This document shows, in pieces, positions 1 through 11,594 of a DNA stretch of 64,000 nt. The notes below the pieces were generated by a model. The model searched no databases. It had not been told where the DNA came from and was given only the letters and a program-made list of their open reading frames with translations. The translations under genes and the position numbers were made by a program. This DNA comes from Iphione sp. A-MEVVRFRX5 (taxonomy: Eukaryota): positions 1,426,001-1,490,000 of the forward strand of contig CDNGLT010000002.1 of the NCBI GenBank assembly GCA_976226885.1. The letters run 5' to 3'. Numbering within the stretch: position 1 is the first letter of the stretch; the number at the start of each line of letters is the position of its first letter.

Positions 1-941
1 AGCACATTCTCAGTGTACATGAATTGTGCAAGAGCATGCTCGTAGTAAAATGTGGGGTCTCCGACTAGAACTTTTTCTCTTCCCCGTATTTTCTTTTGGA
101 CGTTGTGGAGCCCTACTCTTACCTGGTTCGGTGAGACCAAGGATCCCGGAAGTTTGCCTACTATTAGATCTCTAATACCTGATGTAAATTTAAGATACTG
201 TTCCCTGAGATCATGCAGATGTATAATTTTTAAGGTGAGTATAGTAATGTATGATTGAAGGTGGTACTCAAGGTCGATGTCCTGAGATTGGTTTATTAAG
301 ATTTTCGTCAGCTGTTTGTTAACCTGTGCTACACAATGTACTGACTGTAGTATTGCGTCATTCTGATATTGAACCTGCTGTGTTAAAGTTTGGATGGCTA
401 TGTTGGTTGTATTTGCTAACATTGAGAGTTGAGTTCTAATAGCATGTAGTTGTTCTTGACCTACTTGTGCTGCCAGAACATCTACTCTATGTGAGACTTC
501 TCTAACATCATCCTCGGTGGCTGTGCCAATGAGGAATTTAGAGGCGTCACCAAAAAATCCGAACCATGCTCTTGGCTGTCTACCTACTTTTTGTGATACT
601 GGTGCCATCAGAAGTGAATTAAGTTGGTTTTCCTCATGTCTAACAGTGTGAAAAAGATCTTGATAATACATTTTCATATCCTTTATGAGAATTTCTAGGG
701 TACGGCAGGATGGTCGGCGAGTGCATGGGAGCTGATCCTGTCGTCCAAATGTCGACATTTTTCTTTGAAGGAACGGTGCTGGTCTAGGGATGACGAAGAG
801 TAGGTCAATGCTTCTTGCATTGGCAAGGAGTGGGGTGGGAACTTTCTCATATATGACTCCAAGGTTTTGCCGAAGGATATAATTTGTAGGGTGTGTACCA
901 GGGATGAAGAAAATGAGGAGCAGCAGGATGAGCCCTCCCAT
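1..941 (-). CDS. env: Envelope/fusion glycoprotein of element A, N-terminal part (runs off window), baculovirus-F/errantivirus-type
   Basis: Not in ORF track. Open frame from ATG 941 (MGGLILLLLIFFIPG, signal peptide) to base 1, containing RQPR|AWFGFFGDASKFLIGTATEDD (basic cleavage site plus fusion-peptide-like segment). Aligns with B env RRPR|AWFGFLGSASKALFGTATMDD and FYYEHAL. Confidence 0.85.
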   Translation of the reverse strand, partial: MGGLILLLLIFFIPGTHPTNYILRQNLGVIYEKVPTPLLANARSIDLLFVIPRPAPFLQRKMSTFGRQDQLPCTRRPSCRTLEILIKDMKMYYQDLFHTVRHEENQLNSLLMAPVSQKVGRQPRAWFGFFGDASKFLIGTATEDDVREVSHRVDVLAAQVGQEQLHAIRTQLSMLANTTNIAIQTLTQQVQYQNDAILQSVHCVAQVNKQLTKILINQSQDIDLEYHLQSYITILTLKIIHLHDLREQYLKFTSGIRDLIVGKLPGSLVSPNQVRVGLHNVQKKIRGREKVLVGDPTFYYEHALAQFMYTENV

Positions 942-1101
942 GCTGACCTGGAATGACATGGTTTAGTTCTTAGGTGAGAATCATGATTTGATCTATTTAT
1001 GTTTATAATACGTTTAAAAATTATATTAAGACCAGCCCTCCTGGGTGCTGGGGGAAAAGGTATTCTACCACTGAATAACAAGAAGAGTACAAGTGTTGTT
1101 T

Positions 1102-2924
1102 TTACTGCTTTATTATGTCATATTCCAGGCCGAGGAGTGTTCTTGCGAGGGCTTCCTCCATGGCCTGCTGCACTGCCCACAAGTTACGTAGGTGCCCGCC
1201 GTGGTGGTGTTGGGCACGTAGTGCGAGCACGCACAAATAGTTCCATGGTTTGTGGTCATCAGCTGGGATGGGTGGGTGGTACCCATTCTCCAAAAACTGG
1301 ACCAACCAGCCCCGGACACTCTCTGCTGTATTGGGCTGAGTCAGCCTTAGAGAAAGCGATGCGCTCACCCGGGCGGTAAGGTCCAATAGGGAGTCCATAA
1401 GGAGTGTGGGTGCATTGGACCAATTCTGAGGCATGTGGTGCTGCTGCGTGCCATCAGGTGCATGACCTGACCCGAACTGGATGTGGGGTTGGCGTCTGAG
1501 TGGCACACAGGGCTGGTTGTTACTGTGTTGTGTGAGACACCGCACACATATCTCGCGGCATTCTAATTCTTCTTGTAGATGGTTGAGGAAAGCCGCCTCT
1601 ACCTCTTCTGCCTTATAGGGGCGGTCGGGATAGTGCGAGTGGAAGATGCACACATGCTCCTTGCCACGCAGGACATCGAGTGCTGGCATATAATTTGTAA
1701 TTTCGTGACCTGGTTGCCACATGATGAGGGGGTGGGGGTTTTGATGGCGCGGTTGTGTGGGTGGGAGGAGAGGGGGAAGGTTATTTCTGGGGGTTCGACC
1801 AAGTCGCGGGATATTTTGGGTCCTGTTAAGGTGTTGGCGACTAGTATTGGGGATGCGGTAATTTTCTAGTGGTGGGAGTTCATCTTCAGAGGAGGGGGGG
1901 TTATCAGCCCTGTTCAGGGCCGCTGGTTGGTCTTCATCGGATTCTGATTCTAGGGGAGCGCGCCGGCGGCGCCTAGCGGGGGCTATAGACTCGTCATCTG
2001 AATCACTGGTGGGTGGTGGATAGCGGCGTTTAGGGAGGGTCGGTTGGTTGTCTGTGGCAGGGCTTCGAGGGCGGAGAGGAGTGTCAGCTCTAGGGCTGGT
2101 TGCATCCTCCTCCTGGGTGTCAGGGATCAGCAGGTGTCCAGTTGGAGCTGGTAGGGGTCCTGATGGATTTAGGGGGTTGGGCTGTTTGGGGGGTTTGCTT
2201 GGGGGGTGTCTTGTTGTTGGGTAGGGTTGATTAGGGATGTAAGGGGGTGGGCCAGAGTGACCAGTAGATTGTTCAGTGGTTGGGTAGTCGCCGTGGATTG
2301 GGGTGTGGGTTGCACTGCAGAAGCAAGAGGTTCACAGGGGAAGAAGGAGGATGGGTCAGTTTTAGAGGTGGAAGGCTGATGGGAGAGAGGGTGAGTGGTG
2401 GGGGTATTGAGAGGAGCCTCCGAAGGTAGGAAGGAGGATGGATCAGCTGTGGAGGTGGGGGGCTGGGGGGAGAGGGGGCGAGTGGTGGGGGCATTGAGAA
2501 GAGTTTCCGAGGGTAGGAAGGAGGATGGAGTAGCTGTTGATGTGCTCGGTTTAGGGGAGGGGGGACATGTTTGGACAGCAGGGATGGGCGGTTCTGAGGA
2601 AGGGGTGGAAGATGGGTCCGTGGTTGGCGTGCTTGGCTGAGGGGTGGTGGGTTGGGTGGGGGGTATAGAAGCAGGAGTTGTTGCCGGATCCGAGTTGGTG
2701 GGGTGACTTGTCACCCTTTCCATAAGCATTGCCATGTTGCGTATGAGGCCCACAAAAGCCGTGCCGGAGCTGGTGAAGGCATTTCTGACGGCCTTCTCAG
2801 CCTCGGCGAGGAGGGCTTCTGATACTCTGCGGCCGGCCATGACTGTAATGCTGTGCAGTGTGTCTGGAATGGTATGTAGTGTGTTTCTCATGAAAAGGTA
2901 TTTCAGTATAGTGCTTGTTGTCAT
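1102..2924 (-). pseudogene. Pre-env accessory gene of A: P/S/T-rich linker, RRRRR/acidic patch, CxxC-H-C motif, C-terminal accessory-family domain; one frameshift near 2170-2220
   Basis: The frame of ORF 1102-1722 is open upstream to at least 2220 (manual translation) and overlaps ORF 2169-2924. C-terminal half aligns with B 53845-54396 (W.YLC.LAL.AQ.HH.G.LR...A.QQA.EEA..RT..GLE.D). Confidence 0.75.
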
Positions 2925-3284
2925 TGTGACCTGAGGAGGGGTTTGCAGTGGTTGATCTTAATGGTCATAATGTAGTACACGTGCAGTTGTTATATGACTT
3001 TTTGTAAAAGAACATTCTGATTGATTCGAAATTCATTTATATTGATCTGTACAATTGTGATAAGATGTGAAGTGTACCAATATTATTGTTGCCTGACTAT
3101 TAGCAAAGTCGTCATGATAGGTTTGTACGTGGTAGGAGGAATAAAAATGGGTACTTAGAGGGTGAGGGTGTATTTTGTGCTGATTCTTAATGTCTAAAAG
3201 TCCTAGGGGTTCTTAGTGCATGAGGTGAGAGTGTGGGGGTTGTGCCTAGGAGTTGTAGATTACTTAATTGGTAAAATGATAAGT

Positions 3285-3815
3285 TCAGGGAAACGGAGTA
3301 AACAAATGAGAAGTTTTATTGGTCAAGTTAACAATAGCAAAAACTGCATTATGAGACTCCCAGCCCCTTAAGTGCTTCCTGATCATGGTACACCACCAAA
3401 TCGCATCCTCTACACTTTGCGGCATGAGCGGCACGTGGAGTCTTTGTAAAGCGACTACACAGATCACATCCCAAGTGGGGAAAAAGTGGCATGGGAGATC
3501 TGGCTTCACTCCCATGCGGAGATAATGGAGGATTTCTTGTTTCAGGGCTAGCCTGACTAGTTCATTGTTCAGATCAAAGAAATTGTTCTTCCAGGCCGGC
3601 AGCAGGTGGCCAATCTGACATCTCAAAAAGTTTGAGGCTACCATCTGGAAGAACCTCAGTCTGTCCTGTGGGCTGACAGAAGGGTGTCTTAATCCTGTGT
3701 TTTTTCTAAAGAGGTGTTTTACCACCAGACCCCAGTGACAATCGAAGGAGGAGGGCCTGTCCCCGGCATCCAGCTCGGACCCCCGGCTCCTAGTGGTGAA
3801 TCCGCTTGCAGCCAT
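3285..3815 (-). CDS. Accessory-family paralogue A5 (176 aa, intact)
   Basis: Motifs DC..LF..TGLRHP..R..FFDL..LVRL..Y..KPDLP..FFPTWD shared with other copies; acceptor ttttttcaattaaattcag 4 nt before ATG. Confidence 0.75.
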   Translation of the reverse strand: MAASGFTTRSRGSELDAGDRPSSFDCHWGLVVKHLFRKNTGLRHPSVSPQDRLRFFQMVASNFLRCQIGHLLPAWKNNFFDLNNELVRLALKQEILHYLRMGVKPDLPCHFFPTWDVICVVALQRLHVPLMPQSVEDAIWWCTMIRKHLRGWESHNAVFAIVNLTNKTSHLFTPFP

Positions 3816-4139
3816 ACTACTGAATTTAATTGAAAAAAGGATCTTAGGTGTACTGCTTTCATTAGGGAAGGGTTCTTAGAAGAGTGCCGACTTTAGTGGA
3901 AAAGGACCTAACAAGGTATCAAAATTTATGGTGGGGGGTGGGGGCATAACGAGGTACTATTTCTAATGAGAGGGATTTAAAAAGATACAGAGTGTAATGG
4001 GGAAAAGTATAAAGGTACATTCTGAAATGGGGAGGGTTTGCAAAAAGGGGCAGAATTTTGAGTGGGGGAGAGCATAAAAGGGAGTCCTTCAAGGAAAAGA
4101 TGTGGAAATTACGTAACTAAAAGGGGGAAGACATAGAAG

Positions 4140-4505
4140 GTAGCATTTTCAATGGGGGAATGTCAAAGGTAACATGTAGCATTTTCAATGGGGGAATGTC
4201 CAAGGTAACATGTTCAATAGGGAAAGATGTAAAAAGTACTACTTTCAATGGGGAGAGATGCAAAAAGTACCATTTCCAATGGGGAGAGATGCAAAAAAGG
4301 TACTACTTTTAATGCCCAAAGTACTATTTTCAATAGGGAAAGATGTAAAAAGTATTACTTTTAATGGGGAAAGATGCCAAAAGTACCATTTTCAATGGGG
4401 AAAGATGTAAAAAGTACTACTTTTAATGGAAAAATATGCCAAAAGTACCATTTTCAATGGGGAGAGATGTAAAAAGTACTACTTTTAATGGAAAAAGATA
4501 TTGAC
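4140..4505. repeat. Tandem array, ~31-bp unit with 62-bp dimer structure, containing AAAAGTA(C/CT)ACTTTT-type palindromes
   Basis: aagtac recurs at 4381, 4412, 4443, 4474; degenerates toward ~3940. Confidence 0.85.
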
Positions 4506-4919
4506 AAAAAGAGGGGGGGGGGTAACCAGGGGGGCTGCTGGGGGGGGAATGGGGAATATAGGGGTGTATCTTGAAGATATGATATTTGGTAGGGGTTACT
4601 CCTGTGTTCCTGGGATCATTGTCGGGGGGGGGGGGGGGGTTAAAAAGGAAGCAAAAAGGGAGGTATTCAATAATAACAACATTTCAGGCAAAAAGCCTTC
4701 AAAAAGGGGTATGGTGGAGGAACACTTACTAGTTTGTGTGTGGAGAAGAAGTCTGGGAGGTGAAGATGTGTGGATGTAAAAGGCTTGATATCCCTTTTTG
4801 ATATAGCTTGTCCTGCTTTTTTTTTCCTCTTTTGAGATAAAAGGGTGCTTGTTTGAAGATGTCAGATGTGGTGTCCAAGGTGTAGGCCTAGGTATCAAAA
4901 CCCAGGCATAATTGTCCGA

Positions 4920-5107
4920 AAATCCGGAAAACTCAGGTGAATTCGTCCGAAAAGCGTCAAAACTGAGGTAATTTTGTCCAAAAATCCAGTGAAACTGAGG
5001 TGTTTTGTGTGAATATTTGCGAAATTGAGGTAATTTTGATTGAGTTTTGACCAAACTGAGACATTTTTGTGTGAAATTTGGAAAAATTGAGGTAAATTTG
5101 TATGAGA
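4920..5107. repeat. Left half of ~31-bp tandem array split by the ISL2EU-like element
   Basis: aa(c/t)tgag(g) at 4961, 4993, 5023, 5054, 5085; ends ggtaaatttgtatgag, continuous with the array resuming at 9367. Confidence 0.8.
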
Positions 5108-5302
5108 ATGGACTCATCGCCACCTTTCCACGAAGCGTAATTAGTCAACCAATGATATGCCTGTATGCCGGCATTTGAAGCAGTAACCAATCATATTGTT
5201 GGGAATTGCGACATTTGTCTCAAATCGCGGACTCCGTTTATTTACATTCATTTTATGGAGATGTGAGTGTCTTTCACTGCTCTCTTTTGAAGAAATTATA
5301 AA

Positions 5303-5912
5303 ATGGTGAAAACTTGCCAGTATGTTGGCTGCCGGTCAAACGATCGTCACCGTGATCGGCATGGAGGGAAATTAATTTTTTCGCGTTTCCCTAAGCCTTG
5401 GCGTGATAGAGAGAGATGTCTCTGCTGGATTTTAGCATGTCGGCAGCCTGCCGATAAACTGAACATTGAAAAAATCAGATATCATCGATACATTTGTTCT
5501 AAGGTGGGTTTTTCTGTGTGTCTTTACATGATTTGTATAGATATATATTTTTTTTGTATGTCCTACTGTCATTTATATTCCCGTTTCCTTGTTAGTTAGA
5601 ATGTATAATGTATAGTATTGTGTCTCCCGATCCTTTGTTTTGTGCTTGTATGTGAAAGGTTTCTTAATCTAAACTTTCAACCTAAAGTTACAAATTCAAA
5701 ATATGGTTGGCAGTAAGCAGAATTTACGTTAAATTTCTTGCTCGCTGTGAACACGATAGCACTTCAGAGGTGGGTGTGGATCGACGGATCTTAATCCGGT
5801 CCCGATCGATGCAAGAACCTTATGTCATTGCGGTGGAGGTGACGGGCCAGCTGCTACGAAGAGGACTAATGAACTAGCTATGATTCGGTACAACTCTATG
5901 TATAGCATTTGA
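5303..5912 (+). CDS. Spliced THAP zinc-finger gene (exon 5303-5503, exon from 5760)
   Basis: CQYVGC...FSRFPKP...RCLCWILAC...ICSK|gtggg; intron ends ag at 5758-5759 and the next exon reads HFRGGCGSTDLNPVP, completing the THAP CSKHF...P motif in phase 0. 3' extent uncertain (possible donor 5888, stop 5910-5912). Confidence 0.8.
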
Positions 5913-8169
5913 TTGTATATTTCAACGTTACCTTTTCTTTAATGTTCTGTCCACTTTCTGTAAGTGCGTCGTAAAGCGTAAAGATTGGCACGATGCGAGT
6001 CCGCTGCGTTTGTTTCTTTTTTTTGGAGGGGGGGAACGAAATACTGTAGAGATTCAACTGTAATGTTTTCTTTTGTGCCTCGTCGACTACCTTCAAATCA
6101 ATGAGTGAGAATATTACTGGCAATGCATTAAATGAAATGCTATGTAAATAGGCTAATAAATTCGTGAACAGATGTCACTCTATGTCACATCTGGGAAGAA
6201 GTAGGTCAAGCCATGTTTTGCCGTGGTTGCACACATGTTGGTAAGTACGTTTTACAAGAGTTCATTTGGAATTCCTATCAGTATAGAAACAATAATGCAC
6301 TATCTTGCTTTAAATGTTACTCATATTTTATACCGGGGAAACAAATAATACCGATATACTCAAACTCTGTAATGTGCTCTTATTTCCAAAATGGCGTTCG
6401 AGATATTGGATCTACTTGGACGTACTTGTATGTTTTCTTGCTAGCATGAATGAAGTTATTTGCCTATGTTTGAATGATTACTTGGTGGAGTATTTGTTAA
6501 AAATGATTCATCAAATGACAGTACTATTTCTTTCGGTATAGGTTTTCATGATGCATTCTATCTTAAAAACGACAATATTCTCACACACTTGACTTGTTAA
6601 ACAGATAAACTTGAAGACCAGTAGAAACAGTTTTTAAGATCACAAGCATTTTTTTATTTAAATTTTTTTATTATTATTGTTGTCTCGTCAACAAAACTGA
6701 AGTTTTTCCACCGATGCAAAATTAAAAAGTATTTACGTTAAGACAATATGCATTTCTTTGCAAATAAAATCCCATGTACTAAGTGTACATGTTACAAAGC
6801 AACTTTGCACATTCTCGGTCTCCGGAAGATCTTGTGCATTCTCTCGAAATCAGTACAGATTACTGCAACGTGCTTAAACTATATGTGATAACTATCTCTA
6901 AAGAATGAGTCCTCTGTTCATTACGGATATCTGTTATGTCAGAATTCCTTCGCACTTGTCACAATAACTTCTTAGGTGACTGTGTAGACTGTAAATCAGA
7001 AAGACATAAGACTCATAAGCTTGACATGCTTGCATCTTTTAAAATTTACAACGAATATTTAGTCAAAGAAATTTTAGGATTCCAAAATGGTAATGAAATA
7101 TTTTTTTTTTGTTTAAATACTAACTTTCCGTCATGAAGTTATCAGCACATATTGCATTGTCGTTCTGAAGACATGGTCTTTGTTAAAATTTGACATTTGA
7201 CATTGTTATGCAGAAGTATCTCTTTCTTACATTATCTTGATTAAACAGCAATAAGCAAGCAAACATTTCCTTTTTTGTTCTTTTTTTTTATTACCTTGAT
7301 TTTTAATATTTTCTTCTTAGCCTCGATTAGTAACATTTAAAACTTAGCGGTACGTTGTAACATTAGAACAATGTAGTTGAAATGTCTTAAAAGTATAATT
7401 CAAAATCAGGAACGGTAAACTCAAACGAAATTAAGATAGTTGCAGTATTACAGATCCCCGACGAGGTTACTTTCCAGCAGCAGAACGCACTGTACAAATG
7501 CAATTACTTTTAGAACCAATGCGTTTCATTCTCAGAATAAAGGAGTCATTTGTAACATCAACCCCATGCTATACGAATATGTCATAATTAATTTGAATGT
7601 AACATAATTTAAATTTTGTGTAAGTGCATCAATTTTTGTTTGCTATGTCTCGCTCAATGCATAACATATTGTCATAATTTTAATCAACGAATGCATTCAT
7701 TTTTCCTTAGATATATATTTTGTTGGTTTTTTTACATTTAATTTATTTCAAACGATTCATTTGATTAAAACATAAATAAGCATAAATTTATGAAATTTTG
7801 TTCAACAAAATTAGTTATGAAACAGAAATCATAAGATGAACAATTGAATGAACAATATAAATTTGACATGTAAACATGATGCTGAATATAGCATTAAATT
7901 CGAAAATAACAATATATATGGAAACACACCGTCATGGAAGACAATCACTTGAAGTGGCGATTGAGATGGCAACATACAAATGGGGTGCCATTTCTGAAAC
8001 GTATTTGATTTGATATGGTTAGATACATACATTGTAATATGGAATCCAATGTAATACTGCTCCATAAGAAAATTGGAAAGCTTCAGACTATGACAGAACG
8101 CCTAACATTGAGTTAGGAATTGTAAATAAGGTTGACATTTTGTCAGACACTGAACAACATTTAGAATTA

Positions 8170-8320
8170 AGAAGGAGAGAGAAAGAACGAGAGGGAGAGA
8201 GGCATGGAAGGAGAGAGAGGGATGGAGGAAAAGAGAGATGGATGAAGGAGGGAGAGTGAGGAAATAAAATGAGAGGTGAAGGGAGGGAGAGAGACAGTGA
8301 GAGGGAGAGGAGGAGCAAGT
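8170..8320. repeat. GA-rich low-complexity tract
   Basis: Purine-only gaga/ggag runs; produces spurious Leu/Ser ORFs. Confidence 0.8.
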
Positions 8321-9366
8321 GTGACCACCCGGGATGATATAACAGGGGGAATCAATGAGTACTAGATAACTTTTCACAAAGAATTAACCCTATACAGGCG
8401 GAACCTGACGATACGTCATGGACTCACAGGGCAGGGTGAATTTTGATGTTTTCATATAGAGGGCGGCACACTATTGTTGTGTCAATTTTTTATTAACGGA
8501 TGTTTAGTTGTGTCAAAACCCTTCTAAATGTATACTTTTCAATTGTCTAAGGAGAATTGAAGATGCACATTTACTTATGAAGGTATTTAGAGCATAACTA
8601 TGGATTTATTTGGGAATATTGCTTTGAATTAGATATTAGATAGGTAATTCACTTCGTATGTCAGCAGTTTCCGGTCTAGACACAGGGAAATGTGAGTTTT
8701 CAAAGGAAAATGAAATGTTCTATTCAGAATTCATTATTTCTGTATATATCCGAATAAAGTATGACTCTTTTTGTATATTGTCTCCAAATCTCATCGAAAT
8801 CCATGCAGTATTTGTATGTTAATTCATTGTAGACGCACTAAAAGTTGACAAACCCCGTGTAGCGGCTGGTGCCAGACGTTTGATAAAATATATCCAGTGG
8901 GACATGATATACAGCCGGTCTCCTGTAAAGAATACCGATCATACTCAGGAGGAGTCCAGGAGTAGCTAGTAAAGCATTAACAAGAATTCATATATGAATA
9001 ACGAAGCAATTAAATGCATTTCTTGGATTTGGTGTGTTGATCCCCCCCGTGTACATCGGAACTCATGCCAGCTTGTTCGCCACTACTGCGTGTCTGTGTT
9101 ATCTTACAAACCCATCAAAAGAAAGCAATACAATTAACAATACAACAATAAAATCGTGCATGTAATGTTGCCTGCTACTTACTTACCAGAAAATTGATAC
9201 AGAATAAGGTAAATATGCACGGTCCACGAGGTTACAGACCACTTCACAGTTACAAATATGACCTGCTTGTCTTGTACATACCTCGCACATGTCAATTACG
9301 TCATTTAGCGCCAAAAATAGCGTCGCATTCTGATTGGCTAACCGATCGCAGTGGCGATCGGTCCAT

Positions 9367-9570
9367 TGGCAAAGTCTAGGGGTTTTTGACTGAGTTATGA
9401 CAATATCTGGGTAAATTTGTATGAAATTTGGCAAAAGCTTATGGGTTTTGTGTGAGTTATGACAGAATCTGGGTAAATTTGTACGAAATTTGGCAAAAGT
9501 TTATGGGTTTTGTGTGAGTTATGACAGAATCTGGGTAAATTTGTATGAAATTTGGCAAAAGTTTTTGTCT
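9367..9570. repeat. Right half of split array; 62-bp unit (two 31-bp halves), ~3 copies
   Basis: gaaatttggcaaaag at 9423, 9485, 9547. Confidence 0.85.
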
Positions 9571-9594
9571 GTGGATATATATATATATTTTTGG

Positions 9595-9973
9595 GGTGTG
9601 CCAGTAACTGTGTCACCATGACAAGGGTGTCCCATGCAGGCAGGAAGCGTGTCAGGAGGTTTGGCTCCCTATGGGTGTGAAAATAGTTCACAACCAGTTG
9701 TATCACCCCCAGTTGTACGAGGGTGCAGTTTAGGTTAAAGAACCGCCCCTCCTGCCAAGTGGGCAGGATGACTCCCATGTGAGTGTCAGTTACTCGTGCT
9801 AATCTGTCTAACATCCAGAATCTTTCCGAGGGGGTGACGTTAGGGTGCCAGATCCCTGTTTTCTGGCCAAATAATACACTAACAAGGGCGGGATCACAAT
9901 CCGCAAGGGTTGGCTTGTCTCTGTGCAGAATGGATTGGGCCCTCCTTGTGGCTCTGGCGTAATGCCCCATCAT
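9595..9973 (-). pseudogene. Accessory-family paralogue A4, C-terminally truncated
   Basis: DCDP..LFGQKTGIWHP..FFNL..LVQL..Y..REPNL..FLPAWDTL; homology stops at ~9597 where the frame runs into the tandem array. Closest to A3. Confidence 0.8.
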
Positions 9974-10348
9974 GACCTAGAGTAAGAGTGATTAGAAAAT
10001 AACAACTCCTTGCTTAGGGAATTCTGGGTGTGGAGGGTGGATGGGTGGAGAGTGGCGTGAAGACCAGCGCGGTCATGAGGTGTGCACGTTCTAAACCAAA
10101 ACATTATATGGGAGTGGGTGCATGAGACTAGGTGGAGGGGGTTGGCAGAGGGTCAGAGCACCTAGGGGTTTCTACGTCAGTTTTTGATAACACTTAGGGT
10201 TGGCCTGTTTGAGGTGTTGTGTGAATCCTGGGTAGATTTTTGGCGAAACTCAGTATAGACATTAACTGTTGGTAGATTTGTGGTTTGTGAATAATTTTAT
10301 TGTTATTTCTCTAGAATGTCAGTTATTTGTTGATGTAATGTCAAGTAT

Positions 10349-10885
10349 TTAATCCCAGATTTCTAGATCTGGTGGTGTGATGGGTCTACCCACCATTAGG
10401 AGGTCAGTCTGTAGTGGTGTGGACGTGTAGCAGTGCACGTATGCATGTACTGCCTGTCTGGCCGCCTCTCTGTGGGGGTCTAGGTTGTAAGGGCCGATTG
10501 GCCAGCGCTGAAAGTGGTTCAACACGACCATCACAAGGGCATCCCAGCTGGGCAGAAAATGTTCCGGTAGGTTCGGCTCTCTTCGTGTCTGGCAGTAGGT
10601 TACTAACAGCTGAACCAGGCTTATCTGCACAAGGGGGGAGTCCAGATTGAAGAATTGGCTTCCCTGGTAGCCAGAGAAGACAACTCCCATGTAGGTATCT
10701 GTTGTGAAGGCCAGCCTGTTCAGCATAAGGAATCGTTCCAGGGGTGTGATGTCAGGGTGGTGGAGCCCTGTTTTCTGTCCAAAGAGTGCCTTGATGAGGA
10801 CCGGTTCGCAGTCCACAAGGCCCGGTCTACTGCCCTGTAGGATAGCTTGGGCTCTCATGGTGGTTCTTACGTAGTGACCAGTCAT
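10349..10885 (-). CDS. Accessory-family paralogue A3 (intact)
   Basis: DCEP..LFGQKTGLHHP..FFNLDSPLVQI..Y..REPNLP..FLPSWDAL..REAA..IWD*. Start placed at 10885 (MTGHYVRT matches A4 MMGHYARA; acceptor AG 10890-10889). AATAAA at 10301-10296. Confidence 0.8.
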   Translation of the reverse strand: MTGHYVRTTMRAQAILQGSRPGLVDCEPVLIKALFGQKTGLHHPDITPLERFLMLNRLAFTTDTYMGVVFSGYQGSQFFNLDSPLVQISLVQLLVTYCQTRREPNLPEHFLPSWDALVMVVLNHFQRWPIGPYNLDPHREAARQAVHAYVHCYTSTPLQTDLLMVGRPITPPDLEIWD

Positions 10886-11039
10886 ATTCTGAAGTAGATA
10901 TTTGAGAGTCATATCAAACTTCTGTGGGAGGTGTCTAAGGTCTAGAGGAATGATGGGTGGGGGGGTGGCTTGGGAGTTGAGGATGGGATTTCAGGGAATC
11001 TTGTTGCCTTCGTTATTGGTATATGCTGAGGGTTCCTCC

Positions 11040-11594
11040 CTAAGGGATGTTTGTGGTCGTATCCCACTCATCGTCATCGTAGGTGGGTGTTGGGGGGTAC
11101 AGGCCCGCGTCTAAGAGGTCGTGGTTAACCATGTGTACAGATGAAGTTTTTTGCATATATGTGCACTACCCTTTTACTGCAGCCTCCTGCACGTGATCTA
11201 TGGCCTGTGACAGTCGGGATTTCATCCGCAAGGCTCTGAAGGCCTCTACAGCTAACTGGTCCCATACTGGACAGAGGTGTGCTGGGAGCAGTGGTTCTTG
11301 GGCAGTCCTGAGGTAACGGGCGAGGACCTGTACGATAGAAAGCTGCACCAAGGGTGAGCCTAGGTTTAGGAGTGTTCATTCCCAGGGGAGAACAACTGTC
11401 CCAAGGGAGTCAATACGGCTCGCAAGGTGCTGCAGTAGCTCGTAGCGCCGAAGGGGTGTGACCCTAGGATGACGTAGGCCCTTGTCAGGCTGGTAGAGAC
11501 CCAGGGTCAGGCGTGATATGCAGTCCTTGATCTCAGGTATTGCTCCGTCTTGAAGTTCCCCAAGTCGGGCGGATACTTCCTCATAAGTATTCAT
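11040..11594 (-). pseudogene. Accessory-family paralogue A2, 185 codons with two in-frame stops
   Basis: Single frame: DCIS..GLRHPRVTP..PWE*TLLNL..LVQL..EPLLP..PVWDQL..EAAVKG*..YDDDEWDT; stops at 11376 and 11166. Confidence 0.8.

Larger units (their letters stand above)
5110..9364. mobile_element. ISL2EU/PHIS-like DNA transposon, probably non-autonomous, 4255 bp
   Basis: TIRs GGACTCATCGCCAC (5110-5123) and GGACCGATCGCCAC (rc of 9351-9364), 2 mismatches; AT TSD at 5108-5109 and 9365-9366. Excision restores gtatgagaattggcaaa, same length as the array unit gtatgaaatttggcaaa. THAP gene inside. GG termini, AT TSD and THAP fit ISL2EU as I recall it. Confidence 0.75.

Noticed and set aside
1-941. 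Domestication of A env because its frame is intact
   Set aside because: Only ~313 codons are visible, and equally long open stretches survive in decayed pol (431 aa), so intactness is uninformative.
695-1081. 128-aa ORF in the track
   Set aside because: Alternative frame overlapping the real env frame (941 to 1).
2169-2220. Programmed frameshift in the pre-env gene, since both A and B shift frame in the Pro-rich linker
   Set aside because: The shift is -1 in A and +1 in B and lies in poly-C runs, so independent decay indels are more likely.
4596-5123. 175-aa ORF
   Set aside because: Runs from the transposon TIR through a tandem array; a chimeric artefact.
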